DNA of 64,000 nucleotides from Cenococcum geophilum (lineage: Eukaryota), in NCBI GenBank assembly GCA_050273025.1, contig CP158635.1:10974001-11038000 (forward strand), read 5' to 3'. A program made the position numbers and the translations under genes. Below, in pieces: positions 28,401 to 42,590 of the stretch. The notes beneath the pieces are model-generated. The model did not search any database. It was given only the letters and a program-made list of their open reading frames with translations, and was not told the origin of the DNA. Every line of letters starts with the position of its first letter. The first letter of the stretch is position 1.

Positions 28401-31400
28401 TATAGTAGTTATAGAATTTAAGAAATAATCTTAACTATATTACGTTCTCTAGTTCTTGCTAATTTACTATAGCTTTAATTTTCTTTAGGTCTATACTAAT
28501 ATAACTTAGTTTAATAATAAATCCGATAAAATTGGTCTTCCTAGTAAAGAACTCGTATTACTTAATTACTACTAGCATTTATTCTTCCTATAGTCTCTTT
28601 AAAACCTATTTAACATATTCTCCATATTCTTTCTCGCTTATTTAAGTAGATAATAATATTGTTAAGGTATACTATAATTAACTTATTAAGGTATTCTCCT
28701 AATACGCTATTAATTTGCTTTTAAAACGTTACTAGTATATTTATAAGTCCGAATTATATAACTAATAGCTTATATAGTCCTTCCTTTAACCTAAAGGCTG
28801 CCTTTTATTTATTACCTTCCTTAATTCTAATCCAATAGTATGCCTATCTTAGATTTATTTTTATAAAGATTTACGCGTTACCTATTCTATTTTAGATTTT
28901 GCTAATTAAGGGTTAAGTATACCTATCCTCCCTAGTAATGCTGTTTAACTATCTATAGTTAATATACAGCCTAAGTTTTTCTATTCTTCTTTAGTATAAA
29001 CAGTACTAGATAACCTACTAATAATTGTAATAGTTTAATGTATCCCTTTTATAAGTTCTCTTAAATAAACTCTTTAAGTGCTCTTAGCTCCTTTTCAGTT
29101 AGCTTATAGATTAAAAATTTTTTAGACTTATTCCTGGTTTTAACTCTATTTTATAGTTCTATACTATATATTCTAATAGCTTTTTACTTTCTAGGCTTTA
29201 TAGCTTCTTACTATACTTATACTATCTCTTTAGTATATAACTTAAGCCCTACTTAGTCTCTTTATATATTGCTCCGACTTAGTACTATACTAACTTAGCC
29301 TATTATTACATTTTATATTATTAAGTATTTCTAATATTAACCTAACCTGTAACCTAATTAATCTTTAGATTATATTCTTATAACTAAGGCATCCCTAATA
29401 CTGCCTTATCCTGTCCTAATAGTAGGATATTAAAAGATATCTTAATTTGTCTTCCTTTAATAGTTATCTAAATAGGTCCTGTTTTAAGATTAATAATGCC
29501 TCCTCTATAGGCTATTAGATCTCCTAAAATTATAACTAGTAGATAAGGGTGCTCTTTTTATTTATAAGGTAGTCCTATTTATTTTACTACCGCTAATAAA
29601 ATATAGTTCCTTATTGCTTTACTATCTATTAGTACTTTAAACTATTAATTTTACTAATTAACTTATAAATTTAGGTGTTGTCCTTAAATTCCTTTAAGGG
29701 TCTAAGGCTTTACTACTAGCTCCCTCTGGTTCTATAGGCCTTTACTTTTCCTAACTATTAGCTACTTAATTCTATTATACTTAGCTTACTTTTTAGCCAA
29801 TACCTTGTTTATTTTTTGTCTTTAATATACTATAAATATATATTTTCTAAGCATTCCCATTACTATTATCTATCTAGGTATTCTTCTATAAAGAATCTTC
29901 CTAGTTAAAGTATTAAGTCTCCTAACTTCTAAACTTCTATTAGATGCTATCCGTATATATACTTAGTATTTCTATATTTTTGCTTATCTAGCGCCTAATA
30001 TATTCTTATAGGGTACTTCTAATTCTTTTTTTTGGATTCTTATATATATTATATATATCGTCTATATATATAATCTATGCTAATATATAATATGCCGGGT
30101 GCTTTAGGTTAACTCTTAACTTATCCTTATTTTTAAATTTAAACCTCTATTACACTAATCTAAATATTACTATTTTATTTATAGGTACTAAGATATATTA
30201 TTTACTTCTCTAATCCTCTAATTATTCTTCTAAATCTCTTAATATTATAATTAAGGCTCCCTTAATATAATTTATGCCTTTTTTTATAATTAATTAATCT
30301 CTAATAACTTATTTATCTAACTATATATAAAAGTCTTCCCACTTATTATTATGTTATTACCTATACTACTTTTAATATAGTTCCCTAAGTATATACAGTC
30401 TATCTATAAGAAAGTATCTTTTTATTACTATATCGTAACAGCCCTTTATATATTATTCCTTAAATCTAATTAGAATTTTAAGATCCTCTTCTTCTTCTAG
30501 TTTAGTTAGCTATTTTACTCTTAGTGTGCCTACCTTAGGCTTATTAGTAACTCTTTATATAGGTAATCTTTTCCCTAAGTAGTCCGTTGCTTTTAGTATA
30601 TCTTTTTAGTATATAAAGATTCTTTTCTTAAACTCTTTACTGCTTTTATCTGGCTTTTTTCTTACTAATAGGTTAAAGCCTAATTTATATCAACTTAATA
30701 ATATAAGTAAGTCATATCCCGGGGCACGAAATACGTGTAGTATTGTATACTCTTTAGGATAGTAGTAACTGTCGATTATATAAAGCAAACTACGTAGTTT
30801 ATATACTGATGCGCCTCCCCCCTAATTAGTTAGTGCTTCAGAAGTGCACCAAACGCGTAAGCGGGTGGTTGGTGCACTAAACGCGTAAACGCGTACTCGG
30901 CGTACCGAACGCGTAAGCACGCGGTTAGTACGACAGGTGCTATAATTATATACTAGCGGTACTTAGAAAATAAAACCACTTATATATAGCCTTTGTAATT
31001 GTCTTAATAGAACCATAAAACACATAAGAAAATACATAGGAAATCCCTCCTAAGGTGCCTTCTGGGTTACCTTCCAAATAGTGCTCTAAGCTGGCCGTAA
31101 GTCCTACTTACGGTCCGTAAAATGAACTATACGGCCTTTTAACGGGCCGTAAATGCACTATACAGCCTTCTAACGGGCCGTAACTAAACCATAAATACTC
31201 CGTTAGTCTCGCTCTACCCATTCTATAACCTTTAGGTTAAGCTTATTTATGTTAATTAGGGTTTTAAGAGCTTAACATGGCTTTGCCTTAGTTATAGCGT
31301 CTACTAGGTTGTCTCCGCTACTAATCCATTTAACCTCCGTAATCTTACGTTATTCATAGGCCTAATATAAGCACATTAGGTCGACTATAAGCCTCTTCTC

Positions 31401-34400
31401 TTATATTATACCTAGTTTAACTAGGCAGTTATAAAGGGACTTTAAATCGGTATATAAAACTAGGGGTAACTGCTCCAGTTATAGAATCTTCTAGACCGTT
31501 AATTTAATTACAGCTGCTATATTAAAGCCATAGGCTAGTGCATATAGTTTAAAAGCTAGTACACTTTGGGTTACTTATTTACACTTAATTGAGGACCAGT
31601 ACAATATATTTACGTCCTAATTACAGTCCGTAAGTACAATTACAAAGCCGATTTATAATAATAGGTCTTTATTATTAGTAAAAGATGTATCCGTAAATAC
31701 TAGTAGGCTAAGGGAATTTAGGTCTAGTAATATAAAAGTAAGTCCCCTTACTGCATTATCGATTTGCTACTAAATACGCTTATTAAGCTGCTTAATATTT
31801 TCTTCTTACAGGTCTACTACCTGGGCCGTAAAGGATAGGTCGTAGGCAGATTTAGGTTAACAGACTATAGCAATATAGGCGCCTCTTACACACTATATAG
31901 TGTATTAGTCCTTTATATTTATAGTCTTACGGGTCTCTTTATGGGAACTAGTAAGGTCCGTAGGCTTTGCTATAATAGGCTTTAGGTTTTATACTTAGCG
32001 TTCCTAAATTAGCTTAATTAGGTTGCCCTTTTATATAATTAAGCCTCCATTAAACTTAATTAGAGTCTACTTAGTTAACTGCTCTCACAGCTTTGCTAAG
32101 AACTTTGCCTTTTATAGTTTAGTTTCTTTAGCGTCCGCAAAGGTTTAGTCTACTAGGAAGAGGGTATTATTAGTTTAAAGTCCAATAATACCAAGGCCGT
32201 TTAATAGGGTATATAAGAGGTAGAAGTTATAGGTCAACTATTTTATTTTAAGTTTACTAACGTAATGCTAGTAGTACGTCTTAAACTAATAGTTTCCGGC
32301 TTCTAGTACTCCGTAAAGAGGTTTTATAACCTATAAAATTGTTCCTAGTTATAGGTTAAGCTCAGGGGGTAGCCGTATAAAGATATCCCTACTTAGGTAG
32401 GTATTAGACTATACATAGGCTTACGAGATATCCCGTAGGTAAAGGGTTACAGGTTTACTTTACTATAGTCCGGGCGTAAGTATAAGTATAATCCGTTAAC
32501 TAACTTATTAAATTATAGGCAATTGCGTAAGGACTAAGTCCTTTTCTTAGTCGTTATAGGCTTATACAACAAGCCTTAATTTTTTAAAAGCTTTATTAGT
32601 ACTAGGGTGCTTAATTTTATTAATAAAACGTAAGTTAAATATATAGGCGCCTTACGGAATGTCTCTTTCTATTATAACCGCAAAGACACCCTTTTTAAGT
32701 AGTCCGTTAATTTCTTTACGTTATAAGTCCGTAAATGGGGTTTCCTATACTAAAACTGATATATCCGCAGGCGGAGATTGCCTTGCGGATATTCCTGCGG
32801 AGGTTAGGTAATTCTCTATTATAGGGTTCTTAGTTATAGGGTGCTTTTGGAGGCGTCCTCAACTATATTTTACGGTAGGTTTAGTAGGTTTAATAGGTTT
32901 ACGGGGGACTTCTATAGTAGGCATAGGTGCTTCTAGTTCGTCTAAAGGCAGGGGTACTTCCGGTCTATCTAGTTCGGTAAGTGCTTCCGGTTTATCTAGT
33001 TTGATAAGTGTTTCCAGTTCGTCTGGCTTGATGTTATAGTTGTCTTCGGGCCGAAAGTAGGGTTTTACGGACGTGCTTTTAAAGCTAGTTAGCCCGCTAG
33101 GGAGTTATACGCAGCACGTCTCGTTTTCTACGGCCAGTAGGCAATAAGGTCTATTTTAATTGCCGCTTTTACGCTATATAAGGACTTCAGAGTTAAGCGA
33201 GAGGTCGTGTACTAGGGTTATATTAGGTCCGTTACAGTGGTATAGGGCGTTATTAACAGTTTATTTGGCCCATAGCTTAACTATCTTAGCTATTGCCTTC
33301 CGTATTACGGCTACTTATTCCATAATAGACGGGGCAGGAGGATCCAGTTTGCTTATCCTTAGGTAGGCTCCGTAGACCAAGAGGGTAAGTACTAGTCCGT
33401 CTGGGCTAGTAGTGTTATTGACGGCTTTTACAGCCATCTATAGAGCTAGTTCCTTTTAGATATCCTTATATTCATCTATAATAATCTAGTAAGCTCTCTA
33501 TAAGGCTAGGTGAGCTTGCTTAATAAGCCTAATAAACTAATATGCCTTAACTAGGACAGCTTTTATTAATATAGCCATGGCCGTAGTATACTACTGGAAT
33601 TCCTTACTAATAAAGTTCCTACTAGCGTCGTGGGTAATATACTTAGGGGGTCCAATATATATATTAATCCAGTAGGTCCGTAAAATATCCTAAGTGTATT
33701 TTGTAGATATATTTTACAGCTAACGGGCGGCTTAATAGCAGGTTGCCTCGTTAATTATATATAATACTAGGCTGCTATTAATGTATATAATATCTATATA
33801 TACTAAGTGGTTAAAGTCAAGATCCTTATAAAGGGTAAACTTAAATCGGCCTAGGGAACGTCCGTATTTCTGGCAGTAGGAGCAGTATTTAGTTAGGTGG
33901 TTAATTACCTTCCTATTAACATCGTCGTGCCCAAAGCGTTTAAGGACTCTATACAGCTTTTCAGCTAATAGGTAGCCGAAACGGCGGTATAGGCGGTAGA
34001 TTTCCGTACTAGTAAGGTAGCACGGGTTATAGTTAAAAGATTTCTAAATATACGTCCGTAAGGTCTCTCCCTATATAAGGAACAGGTGTCCAAATTATTA
34101 TATAATTAGTAGGGTAATATACTTACTTCCTAGGGTAGTTATAGGGCTAATTAGGGTGTCCGTAACATTATTATAGTATACCTATAACCTGTCTATATCT
34201 ATAAGGTAGAGTAGAAAAGGGGTATCCGCTTTTACTACGTGGAAGTTAACTAGGCTAATTAGAGTCTTAACTACTACTAATCTAATTAATGCGGTTAAGC
34301 CGATGCTAAACTAGACATTTATAGCCTTAGTTTGCGTAACGTTAATGTCCGTATTATTATTTGTAGTGTTCCTATATATAAGGTATTGTCCGTAACCTAT

Positions 34401-37400
34401 AATAGACTTCTTAGAGGCACTTATATCAATTATAACACCGTAGAATTCCTTAGGGGTATAGCGTTCTGTAGTAATATATGCAAATAAGTCCTATTTATAA
34501 TCCGTAACGTCTATAACGGGGGTATTTATGGACTAGTTTTTAGGCGTAATTAAGTATATAAAGGAACGGTCGGCTAATATAGTCGTAATATTAAAGGCTT
34601 AGCTGTCCGTAAAAGGTCTAAAAGTGGTTAAGAACGTCTCTAAGGTCTTCTGTTCCTAAGTATCTAAGTTAAAGTCGATTATAAGGGCTTCTATTAACTC
34701 ATTAAGAGGCTCCTCTACTTCCTCTCCTTTGTATTCCAAAATAAACTAATTAATTTAGTTATTAAGTCTCTTCCTAGACTTGTTACATTCTTCCTAGGTA
34801 TGCCTTATAGACCAATATCCTTCCTTACTACATATAAAGCACTTCTAATTAGTTTATCTATAGGGATATACTTTTGTATAGGAGTTACTTTAGTAGTTGC
34901 GGGCAGGACTTAGTCGGTGCGGGTACTGCTAGCGGTAGCGGCGGTCCGTAAAGTAGGCATCTAAGTCAGTTTATAGATTTTATAGGTCCGTAATAAAGGC
35001 TTAAGTACTGCCTGGCGGGTTTAAGGCTTTGTACGTTATAATGGAGGACTGTAAATTGTTAATAAGGCCGGCTATAGTATCTGCGGGCTTATAGTAAGCG
35101 TATTTATAGGGTTCTATTTCCTAGTAAGCCGTAATAAGTTTATTATACAGAAAGTCGTCTGTTTGAAGCTTAATATTAAGACCGTACTATAGGTAGCGGA
35201 GGTCTTTAATAAGGATTTGCAGGCACTCTATAGTCGATTTTTTAGTATTCTTATCTATTACGGTCCATAACTTAGTCGCATTCCATTAGGTAAGGATGTC
35301 ACGCCTATATTCTAGCCCTTTAAAGTAGTTACGTATAGCCTTATATAGCTTATTAAAGGGAACACTAAGGGGGTTACTCTTAAGGTTAGTATAGTAGTGG
35401 TTAAGTGCTAGGCCGCGTAGTATAGTAGAGTAGGCTTGGCTAAACTCCTATTTAGGAATATCGGCCTTCTAATAAAGGTCCGTAAAGATAGTCAGTTTAA
35501 AGTTAAAGTTATCGTTTTCACCGCTATACTTAGATTTGTTAGTATAGAGCTTAACCAGGTTAGCTAGCTCCTTGCTATAGGTCTTTACTTAGGTAGGTTG
35601 CGGATCTATAGCTTATAGATTTATAGCTTACGGATATATGGCTTGCGGATCTATAGCTTGCAGATATATAGCTTACGGATCTGTGGCTTAAATAACGGAA
35701 GGGGTTTAGTCCGTGTTTTGGTTTATAGGGGTATTACGGTCCGTAATTTGGGTTACGGGGGTATTACGGTTCGTAATTTGGGTTATAGGGGTATTACGGT
35801 TCGTAATTTGAGTACTAGGTGTGCTTTAGCCCGTAAGATTAATTCTAAAACTGCTTAGGTTTATAGGACGAATTTGGTTAAAAGGGTTAGGTATAAAGCT
35901 AGCGATTATATTAAGTTTAGAAGAAGCAAAGAGTTCCTTAGTAGTATTAAACTAGTCTAGGATTTCTTTCTTAGTCCATTCCGTTTGGTCCTCCTTATAT
36001 ATTGTATTATATAAGGACTATACTACAGTAACTCGTTTGTCCCTTTTAACCTATACGCCTTAGTGACGTAAAAGGGTTCATAGGTTGCGGATGGTAGTAG
36101 GGTTATAGGCCTTAAAAATAGCTTCCGTAAAATCCGCGAAGTCTTCCTAGTACTATTCCCATAGGTCGTCGTTTATAAACTTAAAGTATTTATACTTAAG
36201 GGTTTTAAATTTAATGTAGTCGTTAACGTTAGTTATAGACGTAAGGTCGACTCCCTACCTCTACTTTTCTTGACCTTCATCGACTTGCTTGCTGATATCT
36301 GCCATACTATATTGTATAGTGCGTAGCGGGTGGAGGAGGTCTTGTGGTGGTCCGTAAAATCGGTTAACGGGTCCGTAACAGTTTGTAGAAGGGTAAAAGT
36401 GTCCGTAAGGGGTTTTGATAGGTCCGTAGTAGTCCGTAAAGGGGTAGGAGATCTCTATAGGGGGTCTAAAAAGACGTCGGAGGTATTAAAAGAGGGTGTA
36501 GTAGGAATAGGGGTTTGAGGCTTAAAGGTAGGGGGTTCCGTACAGGTCTGTATTCGCGTTTATTATACTTCCGGTAAACCGTACTAAGACTTAAATAAGT
36601 ATACAGAGTTAGAGATAAGTCCGCAATCCCCGACTTCCGACCTTCTAGTAGGTCGTACTAGGAGTCTAAACAGGTAGTCGCTGTCGTATATCGCTTAGTA
36701 GGAGGTGTCGAGTGATTGCTAATCTGTACGCGCTTACTAATTAGTATTTGTATCAACTTAATAATATAAGTAAGTTATATCCCGGGGCACGAAATACGTA
36801 TAGTATTGTATGCTCTTTGGGATAGTGGTGACTGTCGATTGTATAAAGCAAACTACGTAGTCTATATACTGATGCGCCTCCCCCCTAATTAGTCAGTGCT
36901 TCAGAAGTGCACCAGACGCGTAAGCGGGTGGTTGGTGCACCAAACGCGTAAACGCGTACTCGGCGTACCGAACGCGTAAGCACGCGGTTGGTACGACAGG
37001 TGCTGTAATTATACAGCCTTTATGTTTTTTAACTGAGGTATTAACTTCTTAATCCTGTTACTAAGTCTTATTCGCAATTTTTTTAATAGTCCTTATTCTA
37101 ATGTTAGAGTTTTAATTCTATAATTATCTTAGTTCTAAGCTTGCTTCTTTCTTAAGCTATACTCTCGCCTTAGTTTAACTAGGCGTCCGTAATGTTTTTA
37201 TTGTCAGGTAGCCAAGCCACCTTACCTATTTATATTGTTCTGTATAGCCGTGCCTGGCGTCAAGCCAGTTACTCGCTTACCTTTTATAGGTTTGTGTGGC
37301 TAAGTAGTGCGGAGCTTATCACCTCATACTTATCTCGTCTTAAGAGTCTTAAATTTCACTTATCTTGTTTTAAAAATCTTATGCTTTTAGGAAACTTCGT

Positions 37401-39603
37401 CCTAAGCTTATTTATATATCTTTAAACTAAGCCATTACTCTACTCTATTAGTTTTTGTCTATTATAGGTCCTTAAGCTTATCTTATCCTATTTTAGAAAT
37501 CTTAAGCGTCTCTTATCTCTTTTTAAAAATCTTAAGCTTATAGCTTTTTGCCTTTATTAAGTGCCTAAGTGGCTTATTATCCTATTCCTCTTATATCTTA
37601 CAAAACGATAGATATCGTGTCTAGTAGGGTCTTAATCCCTACTAATATTCCCTATTCTATAGTGGAATTATCCTCTATTTCTATTGCATATCTAAGCTTT
37701 ATATACTCCTAGTTAGTCGCCTATTTTATCTTATAATTGCTACTAATAGTTTAATTATCTTAATCCTTAAATTCTATTGCGTAATAAAACTAGTGCGCGA
37801 GGGCTTTCTCTACTAACTACTAGCTGTATATACTATTATTGTCCTAGTCTAGTTTATAGAGTTAATCCTATTCTCTATCTAACTCTCTTATACCCTAGAG
37901 TCCTCTTAACTTAGGCTCTTATAGCTAATAGCTTACGCTATACTTAGTGTCCTTATAAACTTAGTATGCGTTATTATAATAAAACGCAAAACTATTAATT
38001 AAACATTCTTTTGTTCCTTGTAGTATATTATTATCTCTATATATATATATATATTATCTACTAGTCTTATTCCCTTTACTACGTAGTAACTTTAACTACT
38101 TTTATAGTCTTTAGTAAAATAACCCTATTTTCTATAATTTATATAAGCTCCTTCTTTAAGCTATTTTTTCTGCTATAAAGTCCGCCTAAACGCCTTCTAC
38201 TGCTAAGATCCCTGGTTTAGCCTCTGCTCTTTAGTTCTATAATTACTTAATTCTTAACTTTTAGGTTTCTATAGTTTCTTATTTTACTTCTTAGATTCTT
38301 TAGTACTACTTAGGTTTATTAGCTCTGCGCTATACTATAGTTTTTAGGTTTATTACTGTTGTTACGTCTTTTACGCCTTATATAACTATATAACTCTATT
38401 CTAACCTCTCTTAGCCTATTCCCTCTAGTAGATCCTATTATTAATTTTAATTACTTAATTAATTAATTCTCTAAAGGTATCCATATCTTCTATTAGGATA
38501 ATTATATCCTAGACTTTTTCTTTAAGTCCTTATTTATACTATACTATAAGCGCCTTATTATTCTATTTAACCTATATAGTTAGCGTCTAAAACTATATTA
38601 TATAATTAATCGCTAAAGTGCGTTAGGTTAGGTCTTAAAGTTTTCTTTCTACTATAGTTATTACCTCCAGATCCCTAAATATTTGGGTTAGGTATTCCGC
38701 GAACTTATTCTAACTAGTAAATATATATTATACTTCCTAATTACTAGTTGCTATACCGTTTTTTATACTTCTATAAGGTAGGGTTTAAACTACTTAAGTG
38801 CTCTTCCTATTAGGAATAATCCTGTATACGCTACCTAATCTATAAGTATTACTAACTTCGCCCCTTTTTACGTAACCTTAAAGTGCATTTATATAAGGAA
38901 TCCTTTAAGCTTTAACTTTTTCCCTAAGAATTGTTTAATAGATAATAGCTTAATCTTTACTGCTCTAATTCTATTAATTTTTTCCTTAAGTATCCAGTTA
39001 TTATCTATTAATTAATTAACTATTTCCTATAACTGTCCTACTGTGACTAGATATAAGTTAGTGTCTACTATGCTAATGTCGTTATCTAATCTTAGTGTAG
39101 TTGCTACCATTAATAGCGTTATAACTGCTGCTTTTAGTGGCATATTACTTAACTTCCTTTACTATAACCTTAGTAGTAAATGTGTAACGAAGCCTTATAG
39201 GAAATACTATAATAGACTTATTAATAGGCTGGGTATATAGGTTAAGAAATAGTTAACAATAATAATATAACTGGTGGAGTGGTTACCTAATAAATTAACT
39301 CTAATTATATTTTAAGATTTACTATAAAGAAGAGAACTATTTAGGTAGGGACTGTAGTCCTTTAAATATATAATACTATGCCTAAGAAATGTACTAAGTA
39401 CGTTGGTATATTAGTACGTTGGTATATTACGTTCCTCTATTCCCATATTCCTATATTTTAAACTTATAACGAAACTAGCCACGTAACTTAGCTACCCCTT
39501 ATTCTATGGCTTAATCGGTTCTAGCGTCTCCCATACTATCTTAACTAACCCATTTATATCTTTTCTTAGTAGTCGTACTACTGCCAATATAAGGTCCGTA
39601 ATA
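25496..39603 (-). mobile_element. Full-length RIP-degraded Ty3/gypsy element with a nested copia
   Basis: 421-bp LTRs at 25496-25916 and 39183-39603. TSD CCCTA at 25491-25495 and 39604-39608. PPT at ~25917-25935. RT YLDD relic at ~28655-28670, integrase at ~27000-27900, gag from ~39130. Confidence 0.92.
30686..37015 (-). mobile_element. Full-length RIP-degraded Ty1/copia element
   Basis: 267-bp LTRs at 30686-30952 and 36749-37015 (TGTAT...ATACA). Order is gag, integrase (~33300-33900), RT, RNase H. RT motif GIIGLQTDDTL at ~32160-32192. Confidence 0.92.
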
Positions 39604-40096
39604 CCCTAAGGATTTAAATTTAATGCTGTGCTGTAAGCTTTAATATCCGGATTACTCTAAGGGCTAAGACCTAATATCGTACTGTAAGCTTTAATATCCG
39701 GATTATTCTAAAGGTTAAGATATAGAGCTACCCTATAAGCTATAATACCTAGCCTACCCTAGAGACCAGTTTTTAATGCTATAGTATAAACTTAGATATC
39801 TAGGAGCTGTAGGGAGTTAATATTTCTTATTATAGTATAGACCTTAATACCTAAAAGGCCTATACTTAATACCTAATAATAACTAACGCTAATTATTACC
39901 CTAGGGCTGTTAATACCTAGCCTAACTTTAGGATCCTAAATATCCGCCCTATATTAAAAACTAGACCTAACTGTTATATTACTAGGACTAATATCCATTA
40001 TAGGGTGTTAGTATACTTAGCCTAAAGGTATTTTACTAGCTAGAGTTTAAGCTAGTTAGCTGCGCATTCCTACTAGATATAGGCTAAAAGGGTAAT

Positions 40097-40353
40097 TATT
40101 ACAGTGCTGGTGGAAACTGGTAGATTATAGCTAATAGATATTAGTGGATTATGGCGGACAGTCGCAGACAGTTTCACATAGTTTTAGACAATTGCTGTCG
40201 CGTGACTAGAGGATTGTATATAACGTCGAGCGGCGCCGCCCTTTGTCTCCTTTCCTTTCTCTAGCTTTAGATCCTCGTTTATAGACTACCAATCGTATAG
40301 GCTTACGCGTCCCTCTTGCCGTGCTCGTGCCTTAATTGACTAAGTCGCTAACA
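40097..40353 (+). mobile_element. Solo LTR related to the LTRs at 1262 and 7013
   Basis: 3' half matches 1380-1486 (CTAGCTTTAGAT..TAAGTCGCTAACA). TSD GTAAT at 40092-40096 and 40354-40358. Confidence 0.9.
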
Positions 40354-42590
40354 GTAATAGTATTAGCAGCCCCGTATATAGATTTTTGGTAGATATTAAT
40401 TAAGGTAGCTAGGCTACTTATATTTACAGACGTTAAGCTGCTAATACTATATACCTCTTCACTACCCTAGACCGTGATAACATTCGCTCTATACTATCTT
40501 TTAATTTGCTTACTAATACTAATAGCTAGCTCTCTACCTAATTTGCTTTTTTTACCTCTACTTAAATAAAGGTAATAAACTTATCTAGATTACCACTAAG
40601 CTAATCATAATTCTAATTAGGTAGGTTTTTCTTAAGCGCCTTATAGCTAGTTAGATACTAGGCGCAGCTATAAAGGCGGTAATTTACTTATTAGATATAA
40701 CGTAGCTTAAGGTTAGATTCTAAAGAGTATACTAATATTTTTTCTCTATCTAGTTATAGAACTAGTTTTTTATACTTACGGTAAAGGCCTTTTAGTATAT
40801 TTTTCTTAGAATCCCCTCTATATATAGCTTGCGGATATTAAACTCTTTAAAAGCCCGTAAAGTAGGATTATAGTTAGAGTAATAACCTAAGCTACTAGTG
40901 GACGGAGACTATTCCTTATAGTTCTTTAATATAATCTTTTATAAGTAGCCCTTTTTCTTATTTATAAGAGCATATATATAATAGGAGAGAGCTGCTCTTT
41001 TCTTAGCTTTAGTCTTTAAGCGCCATACTAGCTTTTTTAGTAAAATATCCGTAGGTAAAACTACGGATATTCCACCCAGACTAAGCTTTCGCCCTATATT
41101 AGATGCAGACGGATTAGAATTAGTATCGCTATATATAGATACTCTTAAAGATATATTGCTAGCAAAATTAGTAGCCCGTCCTGTTATAGTACCTATCGCT
41201 TAATATAATATTCGCGGCTAAGTTAACTTAGCTAAGATCGGAAGGCTCTATTAGTACAACCGCGATTTTTAGCTGGCCTAGTAATATCCTTAATTAGAAA
41301 TATCGCTATACCTATTTAACTACTACTATAAGCACCACGTCTAAGTTATTACTATAGTATATTAATGGACTTATCTTTATATATATAATACTACGCAATA
41401 TAGTTAATATTAGGAATATTAGCGCTATAGGTAAGCGCGTTAGAGGAGAGCAAAATACGGATTTCTAAGTTAGGCTTTCTAAACTCCTTACATAGTCTAT
41501 CTTTATCCGCAATAGCTAATAATATATAATAAAGTTAAACAGCTCTTCTAGCTTATGCTTTTTAGTACTTATAATATACTAACCATAAACGAATTAAGTC
41601 CTTATATAGTAATATTAAGTCCTTTAAATTAAGAAAGATAATTATCTTTAGGATCTAGTAAGGGGTTAGCATGTATTAGATTCTTTACTTAGCGGATATA
41701 GTAGTATACGCGCGGTTTATAACAAAGTATAAGCTCTTAAAAAACTTCTTATTTTTTTACTTAACGTATTCTCTAATAATTAATAGATCCAGCCGGTTAA
41801 TTAATGTCCGCACTATATTAATATTACTTTAAAAGCCCGCTAACTTTTAAATAATCTTAAACGTTATATTATTAAGTATTGTAGTATAAGTAAACTAAGG
41901 CTTCCACCCTAATAACGACCGCACTTTCTATAACTATATATACGAATTCTGGAATAAACCCCCCTAACTAGCTATAAGGTATACCTTATTAATTACTACT
42001 AAGCTAATATACGCACGAAAGGTAAGGTTAGTAAGAGTTTTATAAAACCTTTTGCTAACTAATAGCTCTAGTAATATTAAAATATAGGTGTATACTCTAA
42101 TGCGGATTTCCTATAAAAGATATACGGATATTATCTTGGTATATATATAAACCAGCCTTATTTTAGGAAGCTCCTTAATCTTTACCTTTTACTTTATACT
42201 AATCGCATTAAGTAGTAAGATAATAATTACTACTATAGCCTAAAGAAGATATGGCATTGCTTATATTATTATATTCTTACTAAATAAGGTTTTTATAATA
42301 AGTATTATATCTTTTTTCTTAAATAGTAACTACCTAAGGGCTTTAAGTTGCTCCGCATATCCGTAATACGGATATAAAAAAGCAATAGCCTTATTAACCT
42401 TGCTTAGCTACTAAGCCTTACTTTTTCCATAAAGCGCAAAAAGCTAATCTTAAAGGTCCTATAGCCGTCACTCCTAGTTTATTCTATAACTCCTTTAAGT
42501 CTAATTATCTAATACCTAATACGGCCGCGGCTGTTCTAGCGCCTTATTTAACTTCTTCCCTCTCTACCTAGTAGGTTTTAGTGCCGGCAT
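40354..42590 (-). pseudogene. RIP-degraded RecQ-like SF2 helicase (AcademH-type); the host sequence continues at 39604-40096 and 24310-25495
   Basis: With RIP reversed: motif I DMILIAKTSFGKS (~42270-42320), ILISPE (~42065-42085), motif II VVIDEVH (~41975-42000), CTATL (~41875), ILLSSDALACGADIPDI (~41405-41460), motif VI WQRLGRGAR (~41330-41360). Candidate ATG at 42590. Confidence 0.8.

Noticed and set aside
6774..39240. Short ORF-track ORFs in the AT-rich region (6774, 19402, 24252, 33160, 35643, 36330, 37192, 39043)
   Set aside because: Chance or antisense frames within RIP'd elements, rich in I/L/Y/K, with no credible domains.
40354..42590. Telomere-linked helicase or host SGS1
   Set aside because: No telomeric repeat array, the gene is RIP'd, and it sits beside a long terminal repeat and a DUF6589-like relic, so a transposon origin fits better.
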